From positions 224,001 to 288,000 of the forward strand of contig CAWDPO010000045.1 of NCBI GenBank assembly GCA_963804165.1: 64,000 bases of DNA, given 5' to 3'. Each line of letters begins with the position of its first letter. Position 1 is the first letter of the stretch. Below are positions 32,874 through 43,200 of the stretch, piece after piece. The notes beneath the pieces were generated by a model. That model ran no database searches. It was not told the DNA's origin and was given only the letters and a program-made list of their open reading frames with translations. The translations under genes and the position numbers were made by a program. This DNA comes from an uncultured delta proteobacterium (GTDB lineage Bacteria > Desulfobacterota > Binatia > UBA9968).

Positions 32874-35015
32874 ATGATTTCTATGAACTCACAGTCGTCC
32901 GCTGCCGAAAAAATCGGTGAATTGTTGGCCCGTGAAGGTTTGCTGAGCCGCGATCAGTTGGAACGCAGCATCGAGGCTCAGAAAGAAGATTATCCGTCCG
33001 TGCCCTTGGGTAAAGTTTGTGTGACCCTCGGCTTCGTGTCTTCAGCTGAACTGGCAGGCGTTCTCGTCAAGCATCGCCGCCACATTCACATCGGCGAACT
33101 TTTGGTGCACCTTGGACTGCTTCCCACGGAACAGCTGCAGGAAATACTTGAATGTCAGATCAGACTTCACCCAAAAAAGAAACTCGGCGAGCTGCTCATC
33201 GAAAGAGGCTTGATTGACGAGGCGACTCTCATTCGCGCGTTGTACAAGCAATCGCAGCAGACCAATCCGCCCGGTAAACGCACGGGAGGCAAGTTTGCGC
33301 CGTTGATCATCTCCGGTCGTCTGCAGCCGCAAGAACTTGATGCCATGGTCAGGATCGCCGAGAGCAAGCATGTCCCTGTGGAAACAGTCCTGATGCAACA
33401 AAAACAGGTAACGAAGCAAGAACTGGGAGCAGCTTTGAGCGCGTATTATCAGTGCCCGTTCAAAGAATACGACGAGAAGGTTCTACTTGCTCCGGAATGC
33501 GTGAGCGGCATCAATCCCAGTTATCTCAAGACGAATTATTGGATCCCGCTGCGCGTCACCGACAAAACCGTCGACGTGCTGATCGATGATCCCCACGCCC
33601 ACGACCGGATCCAGGATATAAAGCGCCTGTATCCCGGGAAAAAAATAAAATGTCTGGTCGGATTGCGCGACGATATTCTTCAATACGTGAATGCAGTGAG
33701 CACCGGGCAATTTGGCGCTCACCCCCGCGAGTCTGTGTCGACGATTCTTGGCCAACTGGACGGCCAGGATGAAGACCCGTCGGAAACGAACATCGAGCTG
33801 CTCATTAATGAAAACGACAGCGCCATTGTGCGTCTGGTCAATCAAGTGATCGTTGACGCCTGGAACCAACGGGTTTCGGATATTCACATTGAGCCGCAAG
33901 GTAGCCAGCGTGAAACTCGAATAAGATTTCGTGTCGATGGGCGGTGCTTTGAATACTTGCAAGTCCCCGCCGTCTATCGACGCGCGGTGGTGTCCAGACT
34001 CAAAATTATGGCCGGACTGGACATCGCAGAACGGCGCAAACCGCAGGACGGGAAAATTAAATTCCAACTCGGTGATCGGTTCATCGAATTACGAGTGGCA
34101 ACGATCCCGACCTCCGGCGCCGGCAATGAAGATATCGTGATGCGGATTCTCGCCGCCGAGGAGCCGATTCCGCTGGACCGTTTGAAGATGACACCGCGCA
34201 ACTTGCGCGAATTCCGCAGCCTGCTCGATAAACCCTACGGTTTGATCCTTTGCGTCGGGCCGACGGGCTCAGGAAAAACCACAACGCTCCATTCAGCTCT
34301 CGGCGCGATCAATACCACTGACCGAAAGATTTGGACTGCCGAGGATCCCGTGGAAATCACGCAGCCCGGCCTACGCCAAGTTCAAGTGAATGCCAAAATC
34401 GGCTTCAATTTCGCCGCCGCGATGCGCGCGTTTCTGCGCGCCGATCCGGACATCATCATGGTCGGCGAAATTCGCGATCATGAAACCGCCGAAGTGGCGA
34501 TCGAGGCTTCGCTGACCGGCCATCTGGTTTTGAGCACGCTCCATACCAACAGCGCAGTCGAAACGGTCACCCGGTTGCTTGAAATGGACATCGATCCGTT
34601 CAACTTCGCAGACTCGCTACTCGGCGTGCTGGCGCAGCGCCTGGCGCGAACTCTATGCCATGAATGTCGAGAGCCGTACCATCCGCCCAAGGAGGAATAC
34701 GACGCACTGGCCTACGGCTTCGGCGAAGATTCATTCGCGCAATTAGGAATCGCCTACGATGACAAGTTTAAGCTTTACCGCGGCAAAGGTTGCCCGTCCT
34801 GTCGCGATACCGGCTACAAGGGCCGAATTGGTTTGCACGAGCTGCTGCTCGTCACCGACGAAATCAAGAAACTTATACATACGCGGGCAACTGTGACAGA
34901 CCTGTTTAAGATCGCGCAGGCTCAGGAAATGACCACACTGGTCCAAGACGGCGTGTTAAAAGTCCTGCAAGGCTGGACTGACTACGCCCAAATCAAAGCC
35001 GCCGCGACAAGATAA
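32874..35015 (+). CDS. GspE/PilB-family secretion or pilus assembly ATPase with N-terminal MshEN-like repeats
   Basis: SDIHIEP, GPTGSGKTTT, RADPDIIMVGEIRD, TGHLVLSTLHTN, CxxC...CxxC; four (L/I)G..L...G motifs. Confidence 0.93.
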   Translation: MISMNSQSSAAEKIGELLAREGLLSRDQLERSIEAQKEDYPSVPLGKVCVTLGFVSSAELAGVLVKHRRHIHIGELLVHLGLLPTEQLQEILECQIRLHPKKKLGELLIERGLIDEATLIRALYKQSQQTNPPGKRTGGKFAPLIISGRLQPQELDAMVRIAESKHVPVETVLMQQKQVTKQELGAALSAYYQCPFKEYDEKVLLAPECVSGINPSYLKTNYWIPLRVTDKTVDVLIDDPHAHDRIQDIKRLYPGKKIKCLVGLRDDILQYVNAVSTGQFGAHPRESVSTILGQLDGQDEDPSETNIELLINENDSAIVRLVNQVIVDAWNQRVSDIHIEPQGSQRETRIRFRVDGRCFEYLQVPAVYRRAVVSRLKIMAGLDIAERRKPQDGKIKFQLGDRFIELRVATIPTSGAGNEDIVMRILAAEEPIPLDRLKMTPRNLREFRSLLDKPYGLILCVGPTGSGKTTTLHSALGAINTTDRKIWTAEDPVEITQPGLRQVQVNAKIGFNFAAAMRAFLRADPDIIMVGEIRDHETAEVAIEASLTGHLVLSTLHTNSAVETVTRLLEMDIDPFNFADSLLGVLAQRLARTLCHECREPYHPPKEEYDALAYGFGEDSFAQLGIAYDDKFKLYRGKGCPSCRDTGYKGRIGLHELLLVTDEIKKLIHTRATVTDLFKIAQAQEMTTLVQDGVLKVLQGWTDYAQIKAAATR

Positions 35016-35312
35016 CGCTCGAGGGATAACACCTGGCAAGCCTGAGCGATCGTCGCCACACTGAAAGTGAATATCAATCGCGCCGACGCCGAGGGACCCC
35101 AATTACTTTCGTAGTTTTTCAATGAAGCCGCTCTTCTTGAGATCGTCGAGGAGGCCCGGTTCGAACACTCGGAGGGTCTCCGGTGTTTGACCCTTGGCTT
35201 TTGGATTCGGCTTGGTGATCAAGAAATATATTCGCGCCGCGATTGGCGTCCAGGTAGCTGAGCTTGATCATGAGACAGTCTGCCCCGACACGAACACAAA
35301 TCACGAACGCGG

Positions 35313-35753
35313 TCACGATTTCACGATTTCCTCATACGTCGGCGTCGGCATCCCGGCCTTCCAGCTCGCGTCGCGCAGCTCGATGCGATTCCCGCTGGGA
35401 TCGAGCACAAAGAGTTGTCTGCCGGTGAAAAATCCACCTGGACGGTAATCGACGGGCTCTTGAATCTTGATGCCAAGCCGATGAAAGAGTTTACAGGCTT
35501 GATTGAACATCTCCGGGCTGACATCGAAGGCGTGATGCAAACGACCGTCCTGCTCTACCGTGCGCAGAAGCGGCTCTTTCCGTTGGCACAGAAGAATATT
35601 GTGAGGACCGAGCTTGAAGCACGACATCGGCGAATTGGCGAGTCTACCGACGTGTTCCAGGCCAAGAACCTCGCCATAGAATATCTCCGCTTCCTCCAAA
35701 TTATTCACCGGAATCGACCAGTGAACCACCGCGTCAAGTTTGAGCATGCCCAT
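35313..35753 (-). CDS. VOC (glyoxalase/bleomycin-resistance) family protein
   Basis: HWSIPVNNLEEAEIFYGEVLG, HHAF, DPSGNRIEL. Confidence 0.88.
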   Translation of the reverse strand: MGMLKLDAVVHWSIPVNNLEEAEIFYGEVLGLEHVGRLANSPMSCFKLGPHNILLCQRKEPLLRTVEQDGRLHHAFDVSPEMFNQACKLFHRLGIKIQEPVDYRPGGFFTGRQLFVLDPSGNRIELRDASWKAGMPTPTYEEIVKS

Positions 35754-35922
35754 GAGTATTCCCCTTTCGAGCTTCACTTAGCGCATTCGCCGATACCTGT
35801 CTAGACAATACCGATCACGTATCCAAGCGTCCTATTCCGTTCCTTCAGCCTTCATCGTCGTTGACTTCTTGTCCCCCTTGCACCTAAATTCGAGGCGCTC
35901 GATCGCATGAGCAACGGAGGGA

Positions 35923-36897
35923 ATGATGGCAAATCGAACAATAACGATTGGCTGCCGCGATTACGATCACACCCGCGCGCTGGCCGACGGCAGAGTCAAA
36001 GTGGACGGCGTCGACCTGAAATTCGTCAACATCTCACCGCCCTCGCAAATCTTTTTGCGCATGCTCCACGATGAAGAGTTCGACGCCTCGGAGATGTCGT
36101 TGTCCAATTACATGATTGCGCTCGGCAAGAACGATCGCCGATTCGTGGCGATCCCGGTTTTTCCGTCCCGGGTTTTCCGCCATTCCTATATCTGGATCAA
36201 TACCCGGGCCGGGATCACCAAGCCGGAGGATTTGAAAGGCAGAAGGGTCGGCATCGCTGACTATTCGATGACCGCTCTACTGTTCGTGCGCGGATTATTG
36301 CAGCATCAGTACGGCGTCGCGCCGCAAGATATTCATTGGTTTCGCCGACGTTCCGAACATTTATCCATCGAAATTCCACCGGGGATCCGGATCGACAGCA
36401 TCGCCAAGGATCAGACTCTTGATGCTCTGCTTGAAGCGGCTGAACTCGACGCCCTTGCCGTCACCCAGCCGCCGCGCGCGTTTCTTGCGGGCTCATCTGT
36501 CGTCAAGCGTCTGTTCGCCGATGTCCGCTCCGTCGAAGCCGAATATTATCGCCAGACGCAAATTTTTCCGATCATGCATATGGTGGTGATTCGCCGCGCG
36601 ATCTACGAGCAAGATCCGAACCTCGCGCTCCGTCTGACGCAAGGTTTCGAAGCGGCAAAACATATCGCCTTCGAAGGTTATGAAGAAGGCTTGTCGTCGC
36701 TGCCCTGGGTGAATTTGGATTTAGAATACGCCCGGCAAGTCTTAGGTAAGGATGTTTATCCGTACGGCGTGAAAACGAATCTGCCAACCCTGAACGCGGC
36801 GACACAATATTCCCACGAACAAGGATTGACCCCGAGACAATTTGCCGTGAACGAATTATTCGCGCCGGAAACTTTAGAGCTATTTGCCGCGGATTGA
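35923..36897 (+). CDS. 4,5-dihydroxyphthalate decarboxylase-like protein (SBP fold)
   Basis: YDHTRAL.DG, EFDASEMS, AIPVFPSRVFRHS, FPIMH, YPYG...N, YSHEQGL. Confidence 0.85.
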   Translation: MMANRTITIGCRDYDHTRALADGRVKVDGVDLKFVNISPPSQIFLRMLHDEEFDASEMSLSNYMIALGKNDRRFVAIPVFPSRVFRHSYIWINTRAGITKPEDLKGRRVGIADYSMTALLFVRGLLQHQYGVAPQDIHWFRRRSEHLSIEIPPGIRIDSIAKDQTLDALLEAAELDALAVTQPPRAFLAGSSVVKRLFADVRSVEAEYYRQTQIFPIMHMVVIRRAIYEQDPNLALRLTQGFEAAKHIAFEGYEEGLSSLPWVNLDLEYARQVLGKDVYPYGVKTNLPTLNAATQYSHEQGLTPRQFAVNELFAPETLELFAAD

Positions 36898-36914
36898 CCG
36901 GGGTCTTCGCTTAT

Positions 36915-37934
36915 TTACTGTCTCGCTCTTCGCCGCAGCTCTGCCAAGAAGCCGCCGGATTCAAGATTGCCGACGAATTTTGCGTCGATGATCTGATCGA
37001 GATCGACTTGATTGATCTTCGGATTTAGACGCCCGACGATGCGCTGCACCGATTTATAGGCGGCCGGATTGGGTGCTAAATCTAAAGTGGTCATCAGCCG
37101 CAGCACCTTATACGAAGCTTCCGCCTCGTCGATTTTGGATAGCCGGAGATTTTTTTGTAGGACCTTGAGAACTTCGCTTTTGTTGCCGTTTTCAAGAATG
37201 AATGCGCTGGATTCGGCCAACCCTTTGGCGAAACGGAGAAAAAAATCAGCACGGTTTGTAATCACATCCTTGAGCGCACATAGACTCGGCCCTTGATACG
37301 GCGCCTTGAGCTCGGCGGCGTCGGCCAATGAGCGAAATCCCGCTTTGAGTGGCGCTTCGCTCAAACCATACGTCATCGCCGCGACGTCGATATTCCCCGC
37401 CATCAGCGCCTGGGCGATCACCTGCCCGTCACCAATGACGCGAATCTTTAGGTCGAACTTATCGGGATCGACGCCGAGGTGATCGAGGATGATCATCGTC
37501 TGCAACCAAAAGCCGCCGCCGATACTCTGCACGCCGACGCTTCGCCCGCGTAAATCTTCGACGCTTTTGATTTCTTTACGGACAATCAAACTACGGGGAA
37601 TCTTGTTGATCGCGCTGGCGATGCAACTAAGTTTGACGCCGCCGGAGACCGTGCTCAGGATCGTCGATTGCGCCGGATAGACGGCCTCGACTTCTTTCGC
37701 CACCAGGGTGGCTACGCTGAGTGCGCCAGTGCGCACTTGGATCATGGAAGCTTCAATGCCGTATTTTTTGAAAAATCCCTTTTCAATACCGACCCACATC
37801 GGTGCCGCGGTCTCGTTGTAACCGCCGTAGGAGACGCGGAAGGTTTCTTGAGCATAGCAAATGGTGTGAGAGAACCACGTCAGGCCGATAAGCCCAAGGC
37901 CGGCGAGTATATTAATACCGCGCGTTAGAAACAT
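36915..37934 (-). CDS. ABC substrate-binding protein (SsuA/THI5/NMT1-like)
   Basis: KGFFKKYGI, EDLRGRSVGVQSIGGG. Confidence 0.9.
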   Translation of the reverse strand: MFLTRGINILAGLGLIGLTWFSHTICYAQETFRVSYGGYNETAAPMWVGIEKGFFKKYGIEASMIQVRTGALSVATLVAKEVEAVYPAQSTILSTVSGGVKLSCIASAINKIPRSLIVRKEIKSVEDLRGRSVGVQSIGGGFWLQTMIILDHLGVDPDKFDLKIRVIGDGQVIAQALMAGNIDVAAMTYGLSEAPLKAGFRSLADAAELKAPYQGPSLCALKDVITNRADFFLRFAKGLAESSAFILENGNKSEVLKVLQKNLRLSKIDEAEASYKVLRLMTTLDLAPNPAAYKSVQRIVGRLNPKINQVDLDQIIDAKFVGNLESGGFLAELRRRARQ

Positions 37935-38000
37935 ACTCAACCCTCCTCGGAGCAAACCGCAATTTTAGTTCGCCGGACACCGTTGCCCACAAGTTTCTCA

Positions 38001-38762
38001 CTACCCGCCAGCGATCTGACGCGCACCGTTAGCGCGTAAACTCTCCATTAATCGACCAAAACCTGAGCGGCAATCATTAATTTTCAGCGCCTTGAGCGCG
38101 CCCCAGACCATGGCCGCCGGCGCGGCTACGACTGTCTTTCCCGTGTCGGCTTCCAGTGCCGCGATGATGTCGACGGACGGCCAGCGCGGGCACGCGATAT
38201 AAATCGCATCTGTGTCCGGGTGCTCGCGCGCTAATCCGCGAGCGAGATTGAAAGCGGCTTCGGGCGATTGACTGGCGAAGTCGATGTTTTTTACCAGTCC
38301 AAGGCCCGCGGTCGCCGGGACTTTAAAACCGCTGGCTTTGAGAAACGAGCGAATCTCTTGATTGCGCGCTTCGATAAAGGGACTGATGGCAATCACTGAC
38401 CGCGCGCCCAACGAACGAAGCGCTTCCACGACCGCGCCATTAGCCATCACGACGGGTAATTGGGTTTCGCGCCGGAGCAACTCCGACAATTCGGCGTCAC
38501 CCGCCGGGCCTTTCGACAATGCCACGGGAGCGCCGCCGCAGATGAGCACGTCGACTTTCTCCGCGGCCAGTCTTTTACCGGCGTCCACCATCTGCACGAA
38601 AGCCGATGCCGCCTGTTCCGCGCCCAAGGTCTGGATCGGTTCGCTGATCGTGAGACCAACGTGAAGTACGCCTTCGGGCAATAGTTTGCGCATTTCTTCA
38701 CCCGAGGTGTCAAGAATCGCCGGAGCGATGTGTCCAACTCGAGCACGCCATCCGTAACGCAT
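38001..38762 (-). CDS. Maleate isomerase / arylmalonate decarboxylase / Asp-Glu racemase superfamily protein
   Basis: YGWRARVG, ISPF...N, DAIYIACPRW, LEADTGKTVV, GFGRL. Confidence 0.85.
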   Translation of the reverse strand: MRYGWRARVGHIAPAILDTSGEEMRKLLPEGVLHVGLTISEPIQTLGAEQAASAFVQMVDAGKRLAAEKVDVLICGGAPVALSKGPAGDAELSELLRRETQLPVVMANGAVVEALRSLGARSVIAISPFIEARNQEIRSFLKASGFKVPATAGLGLVKNIDFASQSPEAAFNLARGLAREHPDTDAIYIACPRWPSVDIIAALEADTGKTVVAAPAAMVWGALKALKINDCRSGFGRLMESLRANGARQIAGG

Positions 38763-39206
38763 ATCTTTTAACCTTTCGCTGTTTTTCCGTTTACACGTTG
38801 ATCTGCCGAGCGTCGCGCGATTTCACACTATGCGTGCTCGCAACTCGCCGCATGTCAGCGCCCTCGCATTCTGAGCGATGCCGCTGCGACCCTAACAAAG
38901 CCGTTTCGCCAGTGTCAATCGATCACCTGCAAAATTGCCCCGGCGCTTCTATATCCAAAAAATTCACGCGAGCGCGAAGCCAAAATAGATTACTCCGCAG
39001 GGACTGACGGGGTATCAGAAAACATAACGATGAGAATCCATCCCAACGTCACCCACGTGAATCGGGAGGCCAATTGGACCTCGCTTGGATTCCCGCTAGA
39101 AACATTCGAAAATGACAAACTCTAAGTAGGCTGGAACAGCTCCTTGCGGCAAGGTGTGGGGGGAGAATCAAACCGGCAATCATTGAATGTAGCTATTTTC
39201 TCACAC

Positions 39207-39242
39207 AAAAAAGGGCCCATGCCGAAACGACATGGGCCCTTT
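39207..39242 (-). terminator. Intrinsic terminator downstream of pal
   Basis: Hairpin aaagggcccatg/catgggcccttt with a U-tract on the minus strand. Confidence 0.75.
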
Positions 39243-39271
39243 GGAAAAAGCGATCGTAGCTGGTGAGCTTG

Positions 39272-39847
39272 TCAGGACACCGGTTTATCTCCCGAGACAG
39301 CAAACCTTGCACGGCGGTTTTTCACCCAGCACTCTTCGTTATGCTCTTTACACACCGGGATCTCTTCGCCGTAGCTAATCGTCGATACGCGATTCGCGAC
39401 AATTCCTAAAGTTACGAGATAATCCATTGCGGCTTGCGCGCGCTTCGCACCGAGCGCCATGTTGTAGTCGGCTGCGCCACGTTCATCGCAATGGCCTTCG
39501 ATCTGCACCCGCGCTGACGGATTGCTTTTGAGCCATTCGGCATTCGCTTTTAACGTCGCGCGCGCCGTTTCGGATAAATCAGCGCTGTCAAAATTAAACC
39601 CGATGTCCTTCAACGGCCCGGCAGCGGCACTCTCGCCTTTGCGCAAAGCGTCTAAACTGGAAGCCGTACTCGCCTCGGGCTTAGGTGCCGGTTTCGCGGC
39701 CGCGCTCGGCGCACCCGACGAAGCAGTGGGATTTTCCGCCGTCCATTTTGGCGTCGGTGGATTGGCAGGACTCCCACAAGCAAACAGCAAGGAAACGGTC
39801 AATAAACTCACACCATAGCTCAATAACGGCATTCTTTCCCTCATCAT
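39272..39847 (-). CDS. pal: Peptidoglycan-associated lipoprotein
   Basis: Lipobox LFAC; FNFDS, IEGHCDERG..DYN.ALG.KRA, ISYGEE, KNRRA. Confidence 0.92.
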   Translation of the reverse strand: MMRERMPLLSYGVSLLTVSLLFACGSPANPPTPKWTAENPTASSGAPSAAAKPAPKPEASTASSLDALRKGESAAAGPLKDIGFNFDSADLSETARATLKANAEWLKSNPSARVQIEGHCDERGAADYNMALGAKRAQAAMDYLVTLGIVANRVSTISYGEEIPVCKEHNEECWVKNRRARFAVSGDKPVS

Positions 39848-40014
39848 ATTCCGCCTTTCCCGTCCGTATTGGACTGATTTGACTGCTTAATTCTGAAGCA
39901 TTGTATTCAAGGTGTCAACCATTGCAGGCATCAAAACGAAATTATATTGATAAAACTCGCCGTGCCTGGTTTTCATAAAATCGAAGATAATTCGGCCAAT
40001 TACGACAATATGAC

Positions 40015-41184
40015 CTAGCCAGGCGTCACTAGACGGACCCCATACAACTTTGCCTCGTCAACTTGCAGCTGACGCCAGTGATCACCGCCGTCGCGCGTTG
40101 CACAGATTGTCCCATCTGTATACGCGACGCAAAGCGAATCACCGTCCTGCGGATTTATGGCAAATCCGCACGTCATGTGCCCAGAAGCGGCTGGTAATCC
40201 GTCTGTAAGAAAGCGCCAAGACTTGCCAGCGTCGTCGCTTCGTAAAATCTGCGTCCGAGCCCCGCCGGTCTCGACGGACGTGTCGCGGCTGAAGCGGACC
40301 GTGTTATAGGGCCCGGCGCGAACCGTGCGGTGGCCTTTCCATGAAGTCGGCCCATTTTCCGCCGCGCCGAGATAAATTCGATCCGGGGCCGCAGGATGAT
40401 TGGTCATTGGAATCGCATAGGCCCGGCCCATGCCGTATTCCAGCTTCTCCCAGAACCTCCCGCCGTCATCGGTTCGGTATGTGCCGATCCCCGTGCTGAC
40501 GTAGATCGTTTGCAAACGCGTCGGATGGCGCATCACCCAATGCACGTCGCGATACACGCGGCCGTCTTCATGCTTACCCATTTGATAGGGTAAAATTCCC
40601 GCGGGATCATTGTATTCCGGAAATGCCATCGCGCTCGAAGGTCCGCTGATGTCCTCCCAAGTCTCGCCGCGATCACGGCTGCGCACAACTCCACCTTCTT
40701 CGATGCCGACTAAGATTTCGTCCGGCACCCGCGCATCGAGGGTGATGCAGCGCACATGGGGAGTATGCGGCGGCGGCGGGAATGTCCATTTGCTATATTC
40801 GGGCAGATTACGGAAAACCGAGAGCTCGCGAAAAGAGCGACCGCCATTTTCGCTCACGTAGATTGCCGCCGGTAGCGTACCGACATAAATTTCGTTCGGA
40901 CGCGTCGGATGAACCGCCATCGCCCAGATGTCCCGATAATCGAGGCCGCCCGACGGCAACCATTTCCAAGTCTCGCCACCGTCCTCGCTTACGTGAATCT
41001 CGGTCAACGTCGCGGCATACAAACGCTTAGGATCAAATGGATCCCGTGCAAGCTCGCGCAGCGTTTCACCCTCCAGCGCGCTGCTGAGTTTCTCAACGCG
41101 CTCAGATTCACCGTCCCAGCGACAGCGCACTAGCCCGTCGGCTTTCAGTAGAAATAAGCTCAATGGTCCATTGGTCGACGCCAT
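40015..41184 (-). CDS. BNR/Asp-box repeat beta-propeller protein
   Basis: Repeated S.DGG.(T/S)W motifs: SEDGGETW, SRDRGETW, TDDGGRFW, SDDAGKSW, TRDGGDHW. Confidence 0.85.
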   Translation of the reverse strand: MASTNGPLSLFLLKADGLVRCRWDGESERVEKLSSALEGETLRELARDPFDPKRLYAATLTEIHVSEDGGETWKWLPSGGLDYRDIWAMAVHPTRPNEIYVGTLPAAIYVSENGGRSFRELSVFRNLPEYSKWTFPPPPHTPHVRCITLDARVPDEILVGIEEGGVVRSRDRGETWEDISGPSSAMAFPEYNDPAGILPYQMGKHEDGRVYRDVHWVMRHPTRLQTIYVSTGIGTYRTDDGGRFWEKLEYGMGRAYAIPMTNHPAAPDRIYLGAAENGPTSWKGHRTVRAGPYNTVRFSRDTSVETGGARTQILRSDDAGKSWRFLTDGLPAASGHMTCGFAINPQDGDSLCVAYTDGTICATRDGGDHWRQLQVDEAKLYGVRLVTPG

Positions 41185-41352
41185 AAGAATTTCCTCCTTT
41201 AGCGTACATTCTCCCGTGGTGAGCGTCCCTGCAAACAATAGAGCAAACTGGAAACCATGGTCAAGGTGTCAGTGCCTTTTCGCGGAGTGGCAAATCGCAT
41301 ATTGACCACTGGATATTTCACCGCTTCTTGCATTAGATTAGGCGCTCTGAAC

Positions 41353-42225
41353 ATGCGCTCCGTCGAACCACCCAATCCGCACACGAGAACGCCCAAGCTC
41401 ATCGCCCCGCCCGGCGCTTGCGATACGCATCTTCACGTTTACGGTCCGAGGGACAATTACCCGCTGAACGCGGAAAGAAATTACGATCCCGATCCGCACT
41501 CGACGCTCGATGATTACTTGAAAATCCACCGCGCGCTCGGTCTGGAACGCGCCGTCATCGTCACTGGCAGCGCCAACGGCACCAACAACCGGATCACGCT
41601 CGACGCATTGCAACGCATGAAAGGAAATTTCAAAGGTCTCGCCCTGCTCGATCCGGCGATCATCGACACAGAGTTGCTGAAGCTGAAAGAAGTCGGCTTT
41701 ACCGGTTTTCGCGTCAAAGCCAACGGTAAAGGCGGCTTGTCCTTCGAAGATACCAAGCGAATGATCGCGCGCAGCGTCGGTTTCAGCTGGCATATCGAGT
41801 TCATGTCTCAATCGATGGCGGAAGTGATCGACGCCGTGCCGTTCTTGAATTCACTCAAAGTACCCTACGTTTTCGATCACGTGGCGCACGCTGAGCCGCA
41901 TCAACATGAGAGTGATCGCGAATTTGCCGAGCTGCTCGCCGTTCTGAGAAACGAAGAACATTCGTGGATCAACCTTTACAGCTTCTATCAATCGTCTGTA
42001 GCCGGACCGCCGGATTACGCCGACATGATCGGCGTCGTTCGTGAAATTATTGACGCGGCGCCGGATCGCGTCATTTGGGGCAGCAACTGGCCGCACGCGG
42101 GCATAGCCGTGCCGATGCCCAACGACGGCGATCTGCTCGACTTTTTACTAGCGGCAGCGCCGGATGAAAATGTTCGCAACCAAATCCTCGCCGACAACCC
42201 GGCGGCGCTTTATGGCTGGAAGTAA
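41353..42225 (+). CDS. Amidohydrolase (2-pyrone-4,6-dicarboxylate lactonase LigI-like)
   Basis: PPGACDTHLHVYGP, VFDH, RVIWGSNWPH, ILADNPAALYG. Confidence 0.88.
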   Translation: MRSVEPPNPHTRTPKLIAPPGACDTHLHVYGPRDNYPLNAERNYDPDPHSTLDDYLKIHRALGLERAVIVTGSANGTNNRITLDALQRMKGNFKGLALLDPAIIDTELLKLKEVGFTGFRVKANGKGGLSFEDTKRMIARSVGFSWHIEFMSQSMAEVIDAVPFLNSLKVPYVFDHVAHAEPHQHESDREFAELLAVLRNEEHSWINLYSFYQSSVAGPPDYADMIGVVREIIDAAPDRVIWGSNWPHAGIAVPMPNDGDLLDFLLAAAPDENVRNQILADNPAALYGWK

Positions 42226-42264
42226 ACCGAGTGACAGTAAATCTTGAAGATCGAATTATTCCCA

Positions 42265-42309
42265 TGGAACTATTTGAACGTTTTGAACGGCTTGAACGAT
42301 TTGAACTTC
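42265..42309. repeat. 9-bp tandem repeat (ttgaacgNN)x5
   Basis: tggaactat ttgaacgtt ttgaacggc ttgaacgat ttgaacttc. Confidence 0.78.
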
Positions 42310-42380
42310 ATCGCCACGCGAACAACACCGCGGACCGCACGATGTCGACGATATAATAAAATTACTAGGAGGGTTAAGAG

Positions 42381-43106
42381 ATGTACGGTTGGCGCGCTCG
42401 CATCGGTCATGTCGCTCCCTCGCGGGGCGATACTTTAGTGTACGAGTTTTACAGAATGTTTCCCGAAGGATTTATGATCCTCAATACCACCGGCACCGTG
42501 CGCCAGCTGGTCGACGATGACTTCGAGAAGCAACTCGGCCGCATCGAGGAGGCCGTGCAAGATCTGGTGGAAAACAACTGCGACTCGATAATTTTCAGCG
42601 GTTCGCCGCTTTTCACCCGTCTACCCTTCGGTAGCGACCGTGAGCTCGGCAGAAAGCTCACGGAAAAATTCGGGGTGCCCGTGGCCGCGGGCCTGACAGC
42701 TGAAGTCGAAGCGTTAAAAGCGATCAATTGCCACAAGCTCGTCGTCGGCACGCCATATCAGGAAGAGCTCAACCAGCGGCTCAAACGCCACCTCGAAGCC
42801 TCCGGTTTTGAGGTGTTGCAGATCGCCGGCTACGGCGTGCAAAAAAATGCCCAGCTCACCGATTTACCGGTTCACGCCTCGTACAAAATCGCCAAGCGTC
42901 TCTACGCCAAATCCCGCGGCGCCGACGGTATTTTTATTGCCTGCCCGCGCTGGCCGACAATTACCGACGTGGCCGTCTTGGAAGAAGAAATCGGCAAGCC
43001 GGTGATCACCAGCAGCTTGGCTTGCATCTGGTACGCCATGAAATTGATTGACGTTAAGGAAAATGTGAAAGGATTTGGCCGCTTGATGGCAAGTCTGGGA
43101 ACTTAG
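42381..43106 (+). CDS. Maleate isomerase / arylmalonate decarboxylase superfamily protein
   Basis: MYGWRARIG, GTPY...N, DGIFIACPRW, LEEEIGKPVITS, GFGRL. Confidence 0.87.
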   Translation: MYGWRARIGHVAPSRGDTLVYEFYRMFPEGFMILNTTGTVRQLVDDDFEKQLGRIEEAVQDLVENNCDSIIFSGSPLFTRLPFGSDRELGRKLTEKFGVPVAAGLTAEVEALKAINCHKLVVGTPYQEELNQRLKRHLEASGFEVLQIAGYGVQKNAQLTDLPVHASYKIAKRLYAKSRGADGIFIACPRWPTITDVAVLEEEIGKPVITSSLACIWYAMKLIDVKENVKGFGRLMASLGT

Positions 43107-43200
43107 TGGAGAAACGTCGCTCGGACTTTGCGTTGCCGGCTTGTAGCGACCGGTAACTTCGAACGTCTAATCGACAGGTACTCGCAAAGGAGGCAATTAT

